The notes beneath the pieces were generated by a model. The model was not told the origin of the DNA. It made no database searches and saw nothing but the letters and a program-made list of their open reading frames with translations. Below, piece after piece: positions 62,395 to 64,000 of a stretch of 64,000 nt of DNA. The first letter of the stretch is position 1. Each line of letters opens with the position of its first letter. The translations under genes were made by a program, and so were the position numbers. The DNA comes from a virus, in the IMG/VR virus record IMGVR_UViG_3300045988_141072, positions 91,532 to 155,531 of that record, one strand, 5' to 3'.

Positions 62395-64000
62395 TTGACA
62401 GAGAATAAAGAAAAAAATAATTATTGTGAGAAGAACTGGAAGTTAGTGAACTTCTGTGAGTTCGATAAATATGCTATAAAAAGCTATTGTGCCATTCATA
62501 ATGTAGATGACTCATTAAACCTTGGTGATATTACTAAGGTTGATGAAACAAAACTTGAACCATTTAACATGATTTGCGGAGGTAGTCCCTGTCAGGATTT
62601 TTCTGTCGCCGGTAAACAGAAAGGCTCTGTGTGGACTTGTAAAGATTGTGGACATGAGTATAACCCACTGACAGTTCATTGGTCAGAAAGAGATAAGTGT
62701 CCATGCTGCGGAAGTAACAACATTGAGAAGACTCGTTCATCTCTTTTGGTAGAGTATCTGAGAGTTATCAGAGCAAATAAACCGAATTTCGGTATGTACG
62801 AGAATGTAAAGAATATTGTAGGAAAGCAGTTTAAAGATACATTCAAGATGTTTACAGATGAATTGGACGAGTATGGATATAATGTGTATTGGAAAGTTCT
62901 CAATGCAAAAGATTACGGCATTCCTCAGAATCGAGAACGTGTCTATCTAATTTTTATTAAGAAAGAATTGGACAATGGAAAGTTTACATATCCTGAACCA
63001 TTTGATAATGGAATGAGATTAAAAGATATTCTTGAAGAGAATGTTGATGAGAAATTCTATATTTCAGAAGATAAGGTTCAGAAGTTTATTCAGACATTAC
63101 ATATTGATAAATCAGATGAGGGATTTAATACACCCAAGTTTGTCGGAAATGTAAATAGACCTGATTTCGGAACTGGTTATGCAGGTGGAGTGTGGGATAC
63201 CAATAATATTTCACCGACATTGACTACTATGCAAGGTGGTGGCAGACAACCTCATATTATGCAGGGTATTGACAAATCATATAACAATACAAAACAGATT
63301 GAAATCGCAAATTGTCTTACTGCGAGAGAAGATAGAGGAATCTCAAATAGAAAGTCTGAAGGAACTGCTGTTCTTGAAGTTAGAAGAACAGATAATCATC
63401 AAAAAGGTAAAGTAGATAATATTGGAAACATAAATCCATCTGGCAAAGGTATGAATGGTAATGTGTTTGACGAGAATGGATTAGCACCGACCATCACAAC
63501 TAATAAAGGCGAAGGCAATAAGATTGCAGTTAGAAACGATAGTAAATTATCTCATGCCGAATGGAAAGAGAGAATGTATGAAAAGTTTATAGAGGACGCA
63601 GATGGCGAAGTCAGTGGAGTATATACAAATCAATCACAAAATTTTGGATATAGACCACCAATGAAAGGACTTTCTAAAACATTAAGAGCAAATGCAAATG
63701 ATACAGGAATTGTTGATGGTATTAAAATCAGAAAATTAACTCCGAAGGAGTGTTTTAGACTTATGGGATTTTCAGACGAGAATTTTGAAGCTGCTGAGAA
63801 GATGGTAAGTAACAGTCAGTTGTATAAGCAGGCAGGAAATTCCATTGTAGTAGATGTTTTATATTACATATTGGTTGAATTGTATAAGGCTATGCCTTAT
63901 CTGTTTGAGAATTTGAGATTAAGTAGTTTCTTCTCTGGCATTGGCGCATTTGAGATAGCGTTGAACAGATTATATGAAGGAATCAACTCTGGAAATTTTA
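62395..64000 (+). CDS. DNA cytosine-C5 methyltransferase, atypical, partial (runs off right edge)
   Basis: In one frame: GGSPCQDFS (motif IV), ENV (VI), QNRERV (VIII), RKLTPKECFRLMGF (IX), QAGNSIVV (X). No motif I lies upstream of motif IV. A CxxC..CxxC insert sits after motif IV. FSGIGAFE (motif I) appears in frame after motif X. Start (TTG 62395) is uncertain. Confidence 0.7.
   Translation, partial: MTENKEKNNYCEKNWKLVNFCEFDKYAIKSYCAIHNVDDSLNLGDITKVDETKLEPFNMICGGSPCQDFSVAGKQKGSVWTCKDCGHEYNPLTVHWSERDKCPCCGSNNIEKTRSSLLVEYLRVIRANKPNFGMYENVKNIVGKQFKDTFKMFTDELDEYGYNVYWKVLNAKDYGIPQNRERVYLIFIKKELDNGKFTYPEPFDNGMRLKDILEENVDEKFYISEDKVQKFIQTLHIDKSDEGFNTPKFVGNVNRPDFGTGYAGGVWDTNNISPTLTTMQGGGRQPHIMQGIDKSYNNTKQIEIANCLTAREDRGISNRKSEGTAVLEVRRTDNHQKGKVDNIGNINPSGKGMNGNVFDENGLAPTITTNKGEGNKIAVRNDSKLSHAEWKERMYEKFIEDADGEVSGVYTNQSQNFGYRPPMKGLSKTLRANANDTGIVDGIKIRKLTPKECFRLMGFSDENFEAAEKMVSNSQLYKQAGNSIVVDVLYYILVELYKAMPYLFENLRLSSFFSGIGAFEIALNRLYEGINSGNF

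Noticed and set aside
62676-62903. 75-aa minus-strand ORF
   Set aside because: It is antisense within the methyltransferase reading frame, which has strong motif support.
1-64000. Stop-codon reassignment (TAG or TGA recoding), considered because of phage tRNAs and ORF-free islands
   Set aside because: The clear tRNAs read Trp (CCA), Asp, Lys and Gln (TTG); none is a suppressor. All long genes are intact in the standard code. The ORF-free islands contain all three stop codons in every frame.
1-64000. CRISPR array, reverse transcriptase (retron/DGR/group II intron), rRNA
   Set aside because: I saw no regularly spaced direct repeats of 20 nt or more, no YxDD-type RT ORF, and no rRNA-like sequence while reading both strands.

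Overview
AT-rich, densely coded segment of a tailed-phage or prophage genome of the low-GC Firmicutes/Clostridia type. All calls come from reading the sequence and ORF translations; no searches were run. There are two divergent arms. The left arm (1-30.56 kb) is transcribed on the minus strand. It carries a morphogenesis/packaging module (HNH endonuclease, small-terminase-like protein, TerL, portal, protease/scaffold, major capsid, head-completion genes). It also carries a tyrosine integrase, HU, a metallophosphoesterase, a TnpB-only IS200/IS605-like element, a PIN-PhoH ATPase, a large protein resembling YonO-type single-subunit RNA polymerase, a Bro-N-like protein and a DUF3825-like protein. 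A repeat-rich control region (30.56-31.44 kb) separates it from the right arm (31.44-64 kb, plus strand). The right arm is a long array of about 80 mostly small, acidic or Cys-rich genes. Embedded in it are accessory modules: a DGQHR/ParB-like protein plus HicA, three more tyrosine recombinases, a RadC-like JAB protein, MazF with a divergent XRE regulator, a sigma-factor/DUF262 fusion, two tRNAs, and an unusual cytosine-C5 methyltransferase that runs off the right edge. The most unusual aspects are non-coding. Three ORF-free, hairpin-dense islands of 1.3-1.5 kb (12.8-14.3, 21.8-23.1 and 31.9-33.3 kb) are each associated with tRNA or tRNA-like genes. There is a tRNA-like gene with a 48-nt segment (7-nt loop plus about 41 extra nt) in the anticodon arm, and several recurrent intergenic motifs. 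I found four good tRNAs (Trp, Asp, Lys, Gln) and four degenerate or tRNA-like elements. I found no rRNA, no CRISPR array and no reverse transcriptase. Product names rest on remembered family motifs and need HMM or structure confirmation.
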